Positions 1 through 8,990 of a stretch of DNA of 39,945 nt are shown piece after piece (positions within the stretch are counted from its first letter, which is position 1; every line of letters begins with the position of its first letter). Made by a program: the position numbers and the translations under genes. The DNA comes from an uncultured Clostridiaceae bacterium (lineage in GTDB: Bacteria > Bacillota > Clostridia > Clostridiales > Clostridiaceae): positions 1 to 39,945 of the forward strand of contig CALJTN010000414.1 in the NCBI GenBank assembly GCA_937976175.1, given 5' to 3'. The notes beneath the pieces were generated by a model. It was not told the DNA's origin. It made no database searches and saw only the letters and a list, made by a program, of their open reading frames with translations.

Positions 1-107
1 GTCTGATTTATTGACCGTTCTAATGATTTCTAAAATTGACTTTAAATCCATATTATTATTGATTAAGCAATTATCTTTAATTAAATTATTTTACACGTTC
101 AACGTAT

Positions 108-419
108 GTTTTTGTTACGGATATTAATCCTCTAACCAACGTAGTGGTTTTAGGAGACGAAGAGGATATCTTTAAAACTGAGCTTATAGCTAAAGACTTA
201 AATTTTATCCTGTTTGATAAGCTTGAATCAAAATTAAGAGCATCAGCGAAGATTAGATATTCTGCAAAACCTCAATTAGCTACTTTAGTTCCTTTAGAGA
301 ACAATAGGATAAAAGTTGTATTTGATGAGAAACAAAGAGCTATAACAAAAGGCCAATCTGTAGTTTTCTACTTAGAAAATTTAGTAGTTGGTGGAGGAAT
401 AATTGAGGGAATTTTATAA
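108..419 (+). pseudogene. mnmA: 3' fragment of tRNA 2-thiouridylase MnmA (5' part absent or displaced)
   Basis: Frame reads [16 protein letters not shown]...AKIRY...[13 protein letters not shown]...VVGGGII, the MnmA C-terminus. Upstream the frame hits TAA at 78-80, the expected GQRKGLG motif is absent from nt 1-107, and there is no RBS before GTG 144. Confidence 0.85.
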
Positions 420-452
420 ATATAATTAGAGCTACCTTGGTAGCAGTTTAAG

Positions 453-495
453 CAGAGGGGTATCTAGTTAAAAACTGGGTATCTCTCTGTATTTA
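453..495 (+). terminator. Probable intrinsic terminator after mnmA
   Basis: CAGAGGGGTATCTAGTT (453-469) pairs with AACTGGGTATCTCTCTG (473-489) using G-U pairs; short T-rich tail. Confidence 0.55.
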
Positions 496-500
496 TATAA

Positions 501-513
501 GATAATAATTATC
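501..513. promoter_or_regulatory. Fur-box-like operator upstream of nifU
   Basis: GATAAT-A-ATTATC matches the inner 6-1-6 of the 7-1-7 Fur box TGATAATNATTATCA. Confidence 0.45.
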
Positions 514-577
514 GATATAAAACAGTTACTTGGTGCTAATTGTAAGCTGTTTTATAAAGATTAGAAGGAGTAAATAT

Positions 578-976
578 ATGGAGTACAGCGATAAGGTTAT
601 GGAGCATTTTTATAGTCCGAGAAATGTGGGTATATTAGGTGACGCCAACGGTATAGGAGAGGCAGGAGACCCGAATTGTGGAGATATAATGAAGATTTAT
701 ATAAGGGTTGAGGATAACATAATAAGTAGTGTAAAGTTTAAGGCTTTTGGATGCGGCTCCGCCATAGCTTCTTCTAGTATAGCCACAGAACTTATAAAGG
801 GCAAAACCTTAGAGGAGGCATGGAAGCTAACTAACAAGTCAGTGATTGAAGCTTTGGAGGGATTACCGGCATCAAAAGAGCATTGTTCGGTGCTTGCAGA
901 GCAAACTATACATAATGCAATAAATAATTATAGAGAATCACAAAACCTTGAACTTTGGAAGGACGATCTAAAATAA
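578..976 (+). CDS. nifU: Fe-S cluster assembly scaffold, NifU/IscU family
   Basis: YSDKVMEHF..PRNVG, CGD, FGCGSAIASSS, HCS (three conserved Cys). Start moved to ATG 578, behind AGGAG. Confidence 0.93.
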   Translation: MEYSDKVMEHFYSPRNVGILGDANGIGEAGDPNCGDIMKIYIRVEDNIISSVKFKAFGCGSAIASSSIATELIKGKTLEEAWKLTNKSVIEALEGLPASKEHCSVLAEQTIHNAINNYRESQNLELWKDDLK

Positions 977-1254
977 GCATATTTAATAAAACTAAATTTT
1001 TTTCTTAGAGGATGCTATAACGAAAAGCATATATCGCTAGGAATGCGTTCACGTCGCTAAGTAATTCTAAAATTCATTCTATTTACAGCTGCTAAAAAAT
1101 ACAAACTCGCTATGGCTCAAACATGTATTTTTCTTTACGCATCTGAAAATAAAATGAATTAAGAATTACTAAGGCTTGTTCAGACGCATTCTACGCAATA
1201 TATGCTTTTGTTAGCATCCTCTAAGAAAAAAGAGTTTGTTACAAAAATATACAT
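977..1254. repeat. ~270-bp imperfect palindrome (MITE/REP-like long hairpin)
   Basis: Perfect 20-bp inverted repeat 998-1017/1212-1231 with nested arms 1023-1034/1198-1209, 1041-1048/1184-1191, 1060-1068/1162-1170, 1071-1084/1147-1160 and about 1095-1102/1124-1132; loop about 1103-1123. Confidence 0.85.
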
Positions 1255-1641
1255 TATGTTTCACCATCTGATAATCTTATATTTGTAATTAAATAAGTTT
1301 CATAATCTTAGATTTCAATATGGAAAGTTGAGATATAAGGACTCAGTAAGCTTTTTAATTTCATTTGGTATCCTTAATACACATCCATCTTCGTCATCTA
1401 CAAGTATAAAAAAAGATATTTTATTTTGTGAATTGATAATTTTTAGTGAGTTAGTTAAGCTAAATAATTGATTAGAGTTTTCCGTATTTTTGCTAAGTAA
1501 AATTTCACCGCTTCCTTTGAAATTAAGTTTCCATTACTAAAGTATACATTCGTAGTAATGTAGTACATGCTTATACAAAAGTAACTAGTTTAAAAAAGGA
1601 AACCAATATTTGTATGAAAACATGAAATATATTGGAATTAA

Positions 1642-1650
1642 TGTTATAAT
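1642..1650 (+). promoter_or_regulatory. Extended -10 (TGnTATAAT) promoter ahead of the accessory gene run
   Basis: TGTTATAAT at 1642-1650; only a weak -35 (ATGAAA) 17 nt upstream. Confidence 0.45.
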
Positions 1651-1716
1651 TAGTGTACCAATAAACTATAAGTTATTAGACACTTGTATAATAATATTCA
1701 TTAAAGGAGAGTATTT

Positions 1717-1950
1717 ATGGGGAAAAAGAGATTTTCAATAATAACTTTTATATTAAGTTTTTTATCATTGATTATTTCACTTAAATTGTTTTGGAATTTG
1801 GCTATCTTTGCAGATGAAAAGAATTCAAGTCCTGCTATTATAAATGGCGGAGAATTTTGGCTGACAATGGATTGGTTAAGACTATTACTTCTATTACTTC
1901 TGTGTATTATATCTTGTGTAAATATTTTTAGAGATGAGAAGAAAAAGTAG
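1717..1950 (+). CDS. Small membrane protein (two hydrophobic segments), unknown function
   Basis: AAGGAG RBS; two long hydrophobic stretches flanked by Lys-rich ends. Confidence 0.75.
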   Translation: MGKKRFSIITFILSFLSLIISLKLFWNLAIFADEKNSSPAIINGGEFWLTMDWLRLLLLLLLCIISCVNIFRDEKKK

Positions 1951-1956
1951 ATTTAT

Positions 1957-2032
1957 AAACATAACTGCAACACAATATTCATATAAACCGCACCCGTGTG
2001 ACAGGGGACAGTTTATATCATTTCAACTTTAA
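1957..2032. repeat. Intergenic motif copy 1 (candidate cassette recombination site)
   Basis: AATATTCATATAAACCG (1974-1990) ... TATCATTTCAACTTTAA (2016-2032); ATATAAAC/GTTTATAT stem; similar to the copy at 3013-3086. Confidence 0.5.
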
Positions 2033-2085
2033 GTATGTCTATAAGTGGATGGAGTAAGTGTTAATTATGAATAGGTGGTGAAACT

Positions 2086-2970
2086 ATGCTTGAAGTCGTA
2101 TTTAGTGATAGTGAGAAAGGTTCTATGAAATTAGCCAAAAATTACAATGAGAAAAATATGCTTGGTGGAGCTGTCGGCTATATTGGGAAAAAACCAACCA
2201 AAGCTGAATTAGAGAAACATTTTGAAGGTCAAGCAGTTGGGGGGGATTCTCAAGAGGTTGTTAACATAGGCTTTTCCCTTGATATTAGTGATATTTCAGG
2301 TGCCATTGATGGAAATGATCGACAAAATGTTTTTCGCAAAGTGTGGGGACGATTTGATTTTGATAATAAGGAGCAAAAGCAGTTTTTCCAAAATCAACGA
2401 AAAGATATGGAGAAGCTGTTGTCTGTTGCAAAGGATGGTATGTCCATAAGAATATGGAAAAGCGACGCTCCTTATTCTACTTGTGGATTTTACTTTGTTT
2501 GCAATATATTAAGAAATATTGACTGCAATATAAGTGTTGTTTCTTTACCTAAATATAGGCCAATATATAAGAATGAAATAGTAGAGTATAGTCACTGGGG
2601 AGAAGTTGAGGCGGGTAAATTTTATCAATTCTTACCTCTTGAAAAACAATTAACTCAGATAGAAAAGAGAATTATTAGTGACTACTGGCATGACTTAATG
2701 GCAGAAAATGCACCATTACGAGCAATTATAAATGGAAAGCTAACTTCTGTACCAGAAAATTTTTATGATTTCATTATCATGAAAAATATGCCAGATAATG
2801 ATTTTATTATGGCCCGATTCATCGGAAAGCTCTTAGGAGAATATAGTCTAGGCATTAGTGATAGTTGGTATGCTTTGCGTATTGATAAGATGATTGAGGA
2901 AAACCAACTAATTGTTGTTGAAAATAAAGACCCTTTACATCCCTATGGGAAAGTTTTAAGAAAAATATAA
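2086..2970 (+). CDS. DUF1835/DUF3658-type protein of unknown function
   Basis: N-terminal EVVFSDSEKGSMK, IRIW, HWGE, W..L..ENAPLR and VPENFYDF resemble this family (from recall); GGTGG RBS. Confidence 0.7.
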   Translation: MLEVVFSDSEKGSMKLAKNYNEKNMLGGAVGYIGKKPTKAELEKHFEGQAVGGDSQEVVNIGFSLDISDISGAIDGNDRQNVFRKVWGRFDFDNKEQKQFFQNQRKDMEKLLSVAKDGMSIRIWKSDAPYSTCGFYFVCNILRNIDCNISVVSLPKYRPIYKNEIVEYSHWGEVEAGKFYQFLPLEKQLTQIEKRIISDYWHDLMAENAPLRAIINGKLTSVPENFYDFIIMKNMPDNDFIMARFIGKLLGEYSLGISDSWYALRIDKMIEENQLIVVENKDPLHPYGKVLRKI

Positions 2971-3012
2971 GTACGAACAAAATGGAAACTGTTAACAGTA
3001 ACCTTAGTGAAG

Positions 3013-3086
3013 AATATTCTTATAAAGCGTCACAACAATTAGGTAAATTGTTAAAAAGCAAAGATTATCATTTCGTTAACTTTTAA
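3013..3086. repeat. Intergenic motif copy 2 (candidate cassette recombination site)
   Basis: AATATTCTTATAAAGCG (3013-3029) ... TATCATTTCGTTAACTTTTAA (3066-3086); central hairpin AACAATT/AATTGTT. Confidence 0.5.
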
Positions 3087-3113
3087 AAGAATAATTTGGA
3101 GTGAGGTTTTGGT

Positions 3114-3536
3114 ATGATTTACAAACGTAATAGATTATTGTATGGATTTATGATAATAATTGTAATTATTTTAGGATTATGCTCAAGAAAGATGGCTATT
3201 TTCTTACCGGATTTTTTGAATACATATTTGGGTGATGCGCTATGGGCATTAATGATTTTTATTGCTTTTGGTTTGATTTTTAGAGAAATGAAGACAAATA
3301 AAATTGCATTAATAGGAATATCGTTTTGTTATCTTATTGAATTAAGCCAATTATACCATGCTAGTTGGATAGATAATATCAGAAAAACAAGTTTAGGCGG
3401 ATTGGTATTAGGATATGGATTTTTATGGAGTGACTTATTAGCATACACTATAGGAATTGGAGCAGGCGTAATTATTGATATTTTATGGGGAATAATTGCA
3501 AAACCTAATAAAACAAAGCCTTCAGGCATAGCCTAA
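3114..3536 (+). CDS. DUF2809 family membrane protein
   Basis: YLGDALWA, IELSQLY, LGGLVLGYGFLWSDL motifs; multiple TM segments; GAGG RBS. Confidence 0.8.
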   Translation: MIYKRNRLLYGFMIIIVIILGLCSRKMAIFLPDFLNTYLGDALWALMIFIAFGLIFREMKTNKIALIGISFCYLIELSQLYHASWIDNIRKTSLGGLVLGYGFLWSDLLAYTIGIGAGVIIDILWGIIAKPNKTKPSGIA

Positions 3537-3667
3537 TAAATTACGTTGAATCTAAATCTCTTATATATTAAGTATAAGATAAGCGTAATATTTAGATAAA
3601 TTATGTACAAAATCATTAATTATTGTGAATTTAAAGATAATATTAAAAATTTTAGGGGGGAATAACT

Positions 3668-4132
3668 ATGCTATATATATTTATGGGGGCAAGTTGCTCG
3701 GGTAAATCATCTGCTGCAGAAGAACTAAAGAAACTTAATAATGTACAAATTTACGCTGGTAAAGATTATTTACGTATGGCAAAAAATGAACAAGAGGCTT
3801 GGAAAATTTTTAGTGAGAAGTTAAATGAAGCTTCCAATAACAAGGATATGAATTCTCAATCAATTATTTATATTATTTCAGAAAAGAATGATATATCAAA
3901 ACTTCAATCGTTTGATAATGCAGTTACAATAAAATTCACAGCAAGCTTAGAAATTATTAAATCAAGATTTGCTCAAAGAATGAAAGGAAATCTACCAAAA
4001 CCAGTAGAAAAAATGATAGAACGCCAGCTAGCAGAATGGGAAGATATAAATGCGAAATTGTGTATTGATACAAGTGAGGAAGAACCTAGTGAATTGGCTA
4101 AAAAAGTCTTTGATTTATGTAATAATTCTTAG
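3668..4132 (+). CDS. Small P-loop kinase-like protein (NMP/shikimate/gluconate kinase fold)
   Basis: Walker A GASCSGKS at the N-terminus, R..QR lid-like motif, C-terminal IDTS; GGGGGG RBS. Confidence 0.7.
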   Translation: MLYIFMGASCSGKSSAAEELKKLNNVQIYAGKDYLRMAKNEQEAWKIFSEKLNEASNNKDMNSQSIIYIISEKNDISKLQSFDNAVTIKFTASLEIIKSRFAQRMKGNLPKPVEKMIERQLAEWEDINAKLCIDTSEEEPSELAKKVFDLCNNS

Positions 4133-4211
4133 ACTAATTGGAAAACATAACTACAATAAAAAGTAATAATGATTTTGAAAATAATCAAGTTCTTTTGATA
4201 AAGGAGCTAAT

Positions 4212-4721
4212 ATGTTTAAAAGTAAGGATTTTATTTTTATGGATGTTGTAAGTGTGGAAGGTAAGCGAATAGGCTTTATTAAAGATCTACTAATAGATTT
4301 TAATAAAGGCAAAGTAATTGGGTTTGAAGTATCTCCTTATAAAATTTTTCATAAAAATGTAAGTGTATTAAAAGAAGACATTATATATTTTAATAAATGT
4401 ATGGTAGTAAAAAAAACTGAGACAAATAAATATTTGTGCCTGCATAGCTTTATCAATATGGATGTAATTGATAAATGTAGAAATGTGTTTGGTATGGTAG
4501 AAGATATTACGTTCACCTGCAATAACTTTGATATTAAAGGAGTTATAATATCCTCGGGATTTATTACGAATCTACTTAGGGGCAAAAGAATAATGCTAGT
4601 AAGTGAATTGATACTTGGGGAAGAGAATCTTTTATATATTCCAAGTTGCCACTCATATTCTTTTAAGAGTATGCCGCATAACTTTTTTGTAGAGGGAAAA
4701 GCTAATGAGAAAAATCAGTAG
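4212..4721 (+). CDS. PRC-barrel domain protein (two PRC repeats, YrrD-like)
   Basis: V...EGKRIGFIKDLLID and VID...VFGMVEDI repeats; conserved position before AI-2E/alaS. Confidence 0.8.
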   Translation: MFKSKDFIFMDVVSVEGKRIGFIKDLLIDFNKGKVIGFEVSPYKIFHKNVSVLKEDIIYFNKCMVVKKTETNKYLCLHSFINMDVIDKCRNVFGMVEDITFTCNNFDIKGVIISSGFITNLLRGKRIMLVSELILGEENLLYIPSCHSYSFKSMPHNFFVEGKANEKNQ

Positions 4722-5733
4722 AAATAAAATAACTACAACCATTGTAATTATTATCATTTTAGCGATTATAATCTATATGGCTATGAAAATACCTATTATT
4801 AAACAATTAGTAAATCTAGTATTTATTTCTTTCATTATGTCATATATACTGAAACCACTATATATGCTTTTAATTAGAAAAGGTATAAGCAAAAGCACTG
4901 CATCTTCTCTAATAGTAGTGGGATTATTAGGGCTGATATTATTAATATTTATAGTGTTAATTCCATCAATGTTTAGAGATGATTTAAACATTAATAAAGC
5001 CATAAATGATTTGCAAAGCTATTTAGCTCATGCAAGCATGAAAATAAAAATATTACATACTAACAAATTTATGAGTAGTTTTATGAATAGTATATACCAG
5101 AAATCAGATACGCAAATACTTGTATTATTCAATAAAATATTTGATTCTATCATGGGACTTGGTGAGAACATAATAACTTACATGGTTTCGCCTTTAATAA
5201 TTTATTACTTCTTATGTGATAGTGAAAATATGATAAATAAAGCATTAATAGTTTTTCCTCCAGAGAGTAGAAATATAATAAAGAAAATAATAGAAGACAT
5301 TGATAAGGTACTAGGACGATATATTATAAGCCAACTTATTTTATGTGGAATTATAAGTATTGCTACCTTTTTTATTTTAATAGTTATGAAGGTGGATTTC
5401 CCTTTGATACTTTCTCTTATAAATGGTATATTCAATATAATACCTTATTTTGGACCCATATTTGGTGTATTCCCTGCTATTTTAATAGCCTTGCTATCCT
5501 CTCCCAAAACAGCATTATATACTGCGCTTTGGTTATTTGCACTTCAACAAATTGAAGGGAATATATTGTCACCAAAAATAATTGGAGAAAGTATAAGTAT
5601 GCACCCCTTAACAGTAATATTATTATTGATAATAGGGGGAAAAATTGGGGGAATTGTTGGCATGATACTAGCAGTGCCATTAGGTGTAGTGATTAAAGTT
5701 ATATACGAGGACTTAAACTATTATCTATTTTAA
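4705..5733 (+). CDS. AI-2E family transporter (YrrI-like)
   Basis: Multi-TM; NIIPYFGP, QQIEGNILSPKIIG, MHPL and ILAVP motifs. Confidence 0.9.
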   Translation: MRKISRNKITTTIVIIIILAIIIYMAMKIPIIKQLVNLVFISFIMSYILKPLYMLLIRKGISKSTASSLIVVGLLGLILLIFIVLIPSMFRDDLNINKAINDLQSYLAHASMKIKILHTNKFMSSFMNSIYQKSDTQILVLFNKIFDSIMGLGENIITYMVSPLIIYYFLCDSENMINKALIVFPPESRNIIKKIIEDIDKVLGRYIISQLILCGIISIATFFILIVMKVDFPLILSLINGIFNIIPYFGPIFGVFPAILIALLSSPKTALYTALWLFALQQIEGNILSPKIIGESISMHPLTVILLLIIGGKIGGIVGMILAVPLGVVIKVIYEDLNYYLF

Positions 5734-5814
5734 TGGTTTCATATGAAGTAGGTGATTATTTTTTAAGATTATGAGAATGTGATATTATATAAAAAAATAC
5801 CAACACTATAAACA

Positions 5815-5843
5815 TTGACAACAAATATGTTTTTATTTATAAT
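5815..5843 (+). promoter_or_regulatory. SigA promoter for the alaS leader
   Basis: TTGACA (5815-5820), 17 nt, TATAAT (5838-5843): perfect consensus. Confidence 0.85.
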
Positions 5844-5903
5844 TTGTATATATTGAAGTATTAAGGTAAAACATGTTATACTATATTAATATAATTTAAT
5901 ACT

Positions 5904-6117
5904 AGGTGATGATAAGAATTAGTAAATATATTGAAGCATTTAGAGAGGAAGTGGTGGGTGAAAACTTCTTGATAGATATATTGAAGCTGTCTTTGAACCA
6001 TATATTATTGAGAGATATTACAAGGTGATTGATATTTATTAATTACGTAGTGATATAATTAGGGTGGTAACGCGGAAACCTTTCGTCCCTTGTTTTAGGG
6101 GAGTGAAGGTTTTTTTT
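5904..6117 (+). ncRNA. Ala T-box riboswitch with terminator
   Basis: AGTA, AGAGA and GGTGAAA stem-I motifs; specifier GAA-GCT (GCU at 5986-5988); T-box AGGGTGGTAACGCG at 6061-6074; terminator hairpin plus T-run to 6117. Confidence 0.92.
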
Positions 6118-6162
6118 GTTTAAATACATACAAAAATATGATAAATAAACGGAGGAGATATT

Positions 6163-8808
6163 ATGGAAAAATTAGGGTTAAACGAGATTAGAGAATCCTT
6201 TCTAAAATTTTTTGAAGGCAAAGAACATCTTAGACTAGAGAGCTTTCCGCTAGTGCCTAAAAATGATGCTAGCTTATTACTTGTAAATGCAGGTATGCAA
6301 CCACTTAAGCCATATTTTACAGGAGTTCAAACACCACCAAATACTAGGATAACTAATTGTCAAAAGTGTATTAGAACAGGAGATATTGAGAATGTAGGAA
6401 AGACTTCAAGACATGGTACTTTTTTTGAAATGCTTGGGAATTTTTCTTTCGGAGATTATTTTAAAGAAGAAATTATTGCATGGGCTTGGGAGTATATAAC
6501 AGAGGTTTTAAATATACCTAAAGAGCATTTATATGTAACTATATATTTAGAAGATGATGAGGCATTTGATGTATGGTGCAGAAATACAGATGTTGATCCT
6601 TTACGTATTTTTAGATTAGGAAAAGAAGATAACTTTTGGGAAATTGGTCAAGGGCCTTGTGGACCATGCTCAGAAATACACTTTGATAGAAATATAGAAC
6701 TAGGTCAAATAAAAACTGCAGAAGATTTTGTTAAAGCAGGAAACGAAGATAGAGTAGTAGAATTTTGGAATTTAGTGTTCACTCAATTTGACAAGGATGA
6801 GCATGGTAACTACAACAGATTAAAGAATCCTAACATTGACACAGGTATGGGTCTTGAGAGAATAGCTACTATAATGCAAGGCAAAAACAGTATCTTTGAA
6901 GTGGATACCATAAAAAAGATTTTAGAAGAAGTTTCTAGAGTTTCCGGTGTGAAATATGGAGAAAGTCGTAAAGAGGATATATCTCTTAGAATTATAACGG
7001 ACCATGTTAGAAGCACAACCTTTATGATAAGTGATGGTGTACTTCCGTCTAACGAGGGAAGAGGATATGTTCTTAGGAGATTACTTAGGAGAGCAGCAAG
7101 ACATGGTAGATTACTTGGAATTAAAAATACTTTCCTAAATGAACTTTGTAATACTGTTATTGAAAATTCATTTAAAGCATACCCAGAATTAAGAGAAAAG
7201 GCAGCTTATATTAAAAAAGTTATAAAACTTGAAGAGGAAAGATTTTCAGAAACTATAGATTCTGGTATGGATATCTTAAAAGTTTATATAGAAGAGCTTG
7301 AGAAGAATAACAATAAAATTTTAGGTGGAGATAAAGCATTTAAATTATACGATACCTATGGTTTTCCATATGAACTTACAGAAGAAATACTAGAAGAAAA
7401 AGGTATAGAAATTGATGCAGAAGGTTTTAATAGCGAAATGCAAAGTCAGAGACAAAGAGCAAGGGCTGCTAGAGCAGAGTCAAATTATATGGGCAGCGGA
7501 GAAAGTGTTTTAAATTTAATTCCTAAAAATATAGAAACAAAATTTGATGGATATGATAAAACGGAGCTAAAAGCTAAGGCTAAAGTTTTAATTAGCGGTG
7601 AAGAACTTGTTACAGAACTTCAACAGGGCTTAAAAGGTATTATTGTAACAGAAGTTACTCCTTTCTATGCTGAAATGGGAGGTCAAACTGGAGATACGGG
7701 AATAATCTTTAATGAAAATTTCAAAGCAGAAGTTTATGATTGTCAGAAAAATGCTTCTGGTAAAGTAGTACACTTTGTTAAGGTATTAGAAGGTTTATTA
7801 CAAACAGATGAATTAGTAACTCTTAAGGTTCATGAAGATAGAAGGTCTGAGGTTTGCAAAAATCATACAGCAACTCATATGCTACAAGAAGCACTAAAGA
7901 GAGTTCTAGGTGATCATGTTCACCAATCAGGTTCTTATGTAAATGAAGATAGATTAAGATTTGACTTTACTCATTTCTCTGCACTAACAGAAGAAGAAAT
8001 TACTAAAGTGGAGCAGATTGTAAATGATAGTATTATGCAAGTGCATAAGGTTGAAACTAATGTTATGACCATAGAAAAAGCTAAGGAAAGTGGAGCTATA
8101 GCATTATTTGATGAAAAGTATCAAGAAGACGTTAGGGTAGTATCTGTAGGAGAGTATAGTAAGGAATTATGTGGTGGTACCCATGTAAGAAACTCAGGAG
8201 AAATTGGACTGTTTAAAATTTTATCTGAAAGCGGAGTGGCAGCTGGAGTTAGAAGAATTGAAGCTATAACAGGTAGTAAATCCATAAAATACGTAGAAGA
8301 TATAAATAGTTTAATAAAAGACATTGCTAGTACATTAAAGTGCTCAGAAAAAGACATAATAAATAAACTACAAACTCAATTGGTAGAATTAAAAGATAAA
8401 GAAAAGGAAATAATATTACTAAAAGGCAAGCTGGCTAGTTCTTCAGTAGATGAAATTTTAAACAGTGTAAAAGAGGTCAAAGGTGTTAAGGTGATTTCAG
8501 GCACTGTAAAAGATATAAATGGAGATGCTTTAAGGGATTTAGCTGACAAACTTCGCGACAAACTTGTTGAAGGTGTAGTGGTACTGGGAAGCAATGCAAA
8601 TGGTAAAGTTCAATTTGTTGCAATGGCTTCTAAGTCTGCAATTGATAAGGGCGTACATTGCGGAAAAATAATTAAAGAAGTTGCTAAGATAGCTGGTGGC
8701 GGCGGTGGTGGCAGACCTGACATGGCAGAGGCGGGTGGAAAACTTCCGGAAAAATTAAATGACGCAATGGATAATGTATGCGCTATAATTGAAACATTGG
8801 TAAAATAG
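6163..8808 (+). CDS. alaS: Alanine--tRNA ligase
   Basis: [33 protein letters not shown] and ELCGGTH editing motifs, C-terminal GGGGG. Confidence 0.99.
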   Translation: MEKLGLNEIRESFLKFFEGKEHLRLESFPLVPKNDASLLLVNAGMQPLKPYFTGVQTPPNTRITNCQKCIRTGDIENVGKTSRHGTFFEMLGNFSFGDYFKEEIIAWAWEYITEVLNIPKEHLYVTIYLEDDEAFDVWCRNTDVDPLRIFRLGKEDNFWEIGQGPCGPCSEIHFDRNIELGQIKTAEDFVKAGNEDRVVEFWNLVFTQFDKDEHGNYNRLKNPNIDTGMGLERIATIMQGKNSIFEVDTIKKILEEVSRVSGVKYGESRKEDISLRIITDHVRSTTFMISDGVLPSNEGRGYVLRRLLRRAARHGRLLGIKNTFLNELCNTVIENSFKAYPELREKAAYIKKVIKLEEERFSETIDSGMDILKVYIEELEKNNNKILGGDKAFKLYDTYGFPYELTEEILEEKGIEIDAEGFNSEMQSQRQRARAARAESNYMGSGESVLNLIPKNIETKFDGYDKTELKAKAKVLISGEELVTELQQGLKGIIVTEVTPFYAEMGGQTGDTGIIFNENFKAEVYDCQKNASGKVVHFVKVLEGLLQTDELVTLKVHEDRRSEVCKNHTATHMLQEALKRVLGDHVHQSGSYVNEDRLRFDFTHFSALTEEEITKVEQIVNDSIMQVHKVETNVMTIEKAKESGAIALFDEKYQEDVRVVSVGEYSKELCGGTHVRNSGEIGLFKILSESGVAAGVRRIEAITGSKSIKYVEDINSLIKDIASTLKCSEKDIINKLQTQLVELKDKEKEIILLKGKLASSSVDEILNSVKEVKGVKVISGTVKDINGDALRDLADKLRDKLVEGVVVLGSNANGKVQFVAMASKSAIDKGVHCGKIIKEVAKIAGGGGGGRPDMAEAGGKLPEKLNDAMDNVCAIIETLVK

Positions 8809-8990
8809 TATACTTTTTGTAAGACTTGCTTTATAATATACTTAATAACAAATAATTTAATTACCGTGGGTGTGTAATTATGGAACTTATTATAACTAAA
8901 AAAACTGTACTGCTACCAAGTAATTTTAAAGTATATTTGAATGGTATAGAAAGCAGTGTTTAGGATGTAATGAGGGAAGGGGTGTATAGA

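Noticed and set aside
90-107. TTCAA near the mnmA junction as an IS200/IS605 right end, or an intron 3' end
   Set aside because: No subterminal GC-rich hairpin and no group II intron domain V/VI are visible in nt 1-107.
144-419. 91-aa ORF as an independent gene
   Set aside because: No RBS, and MnmA homology continues upstream of the GTG to about nt 108, so it is a fragment.
1693-1705. AATATTCATTAAA as another copy of the spacer motif
   Set aside because: Short, AT-only apart from one C, overlapping the RBS and lacking the downstream TATCATTTC half; could be chance.
1950-4160. CRISPR array or canonical integron attC sites
   Set aside because: Repeats are degenerate and separated by whole genes, no cas or intI gene is present, and I could not identify properly paired RYYYAAC/GTTRRRY boxes.
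8810-8990. Possible structured RNA between alaS and ireB
   Set aside because: Only short AT-rich stems (TAATTAC/GTAATTA, ACTGCT/AGCAGT) and no recognisable family motif.
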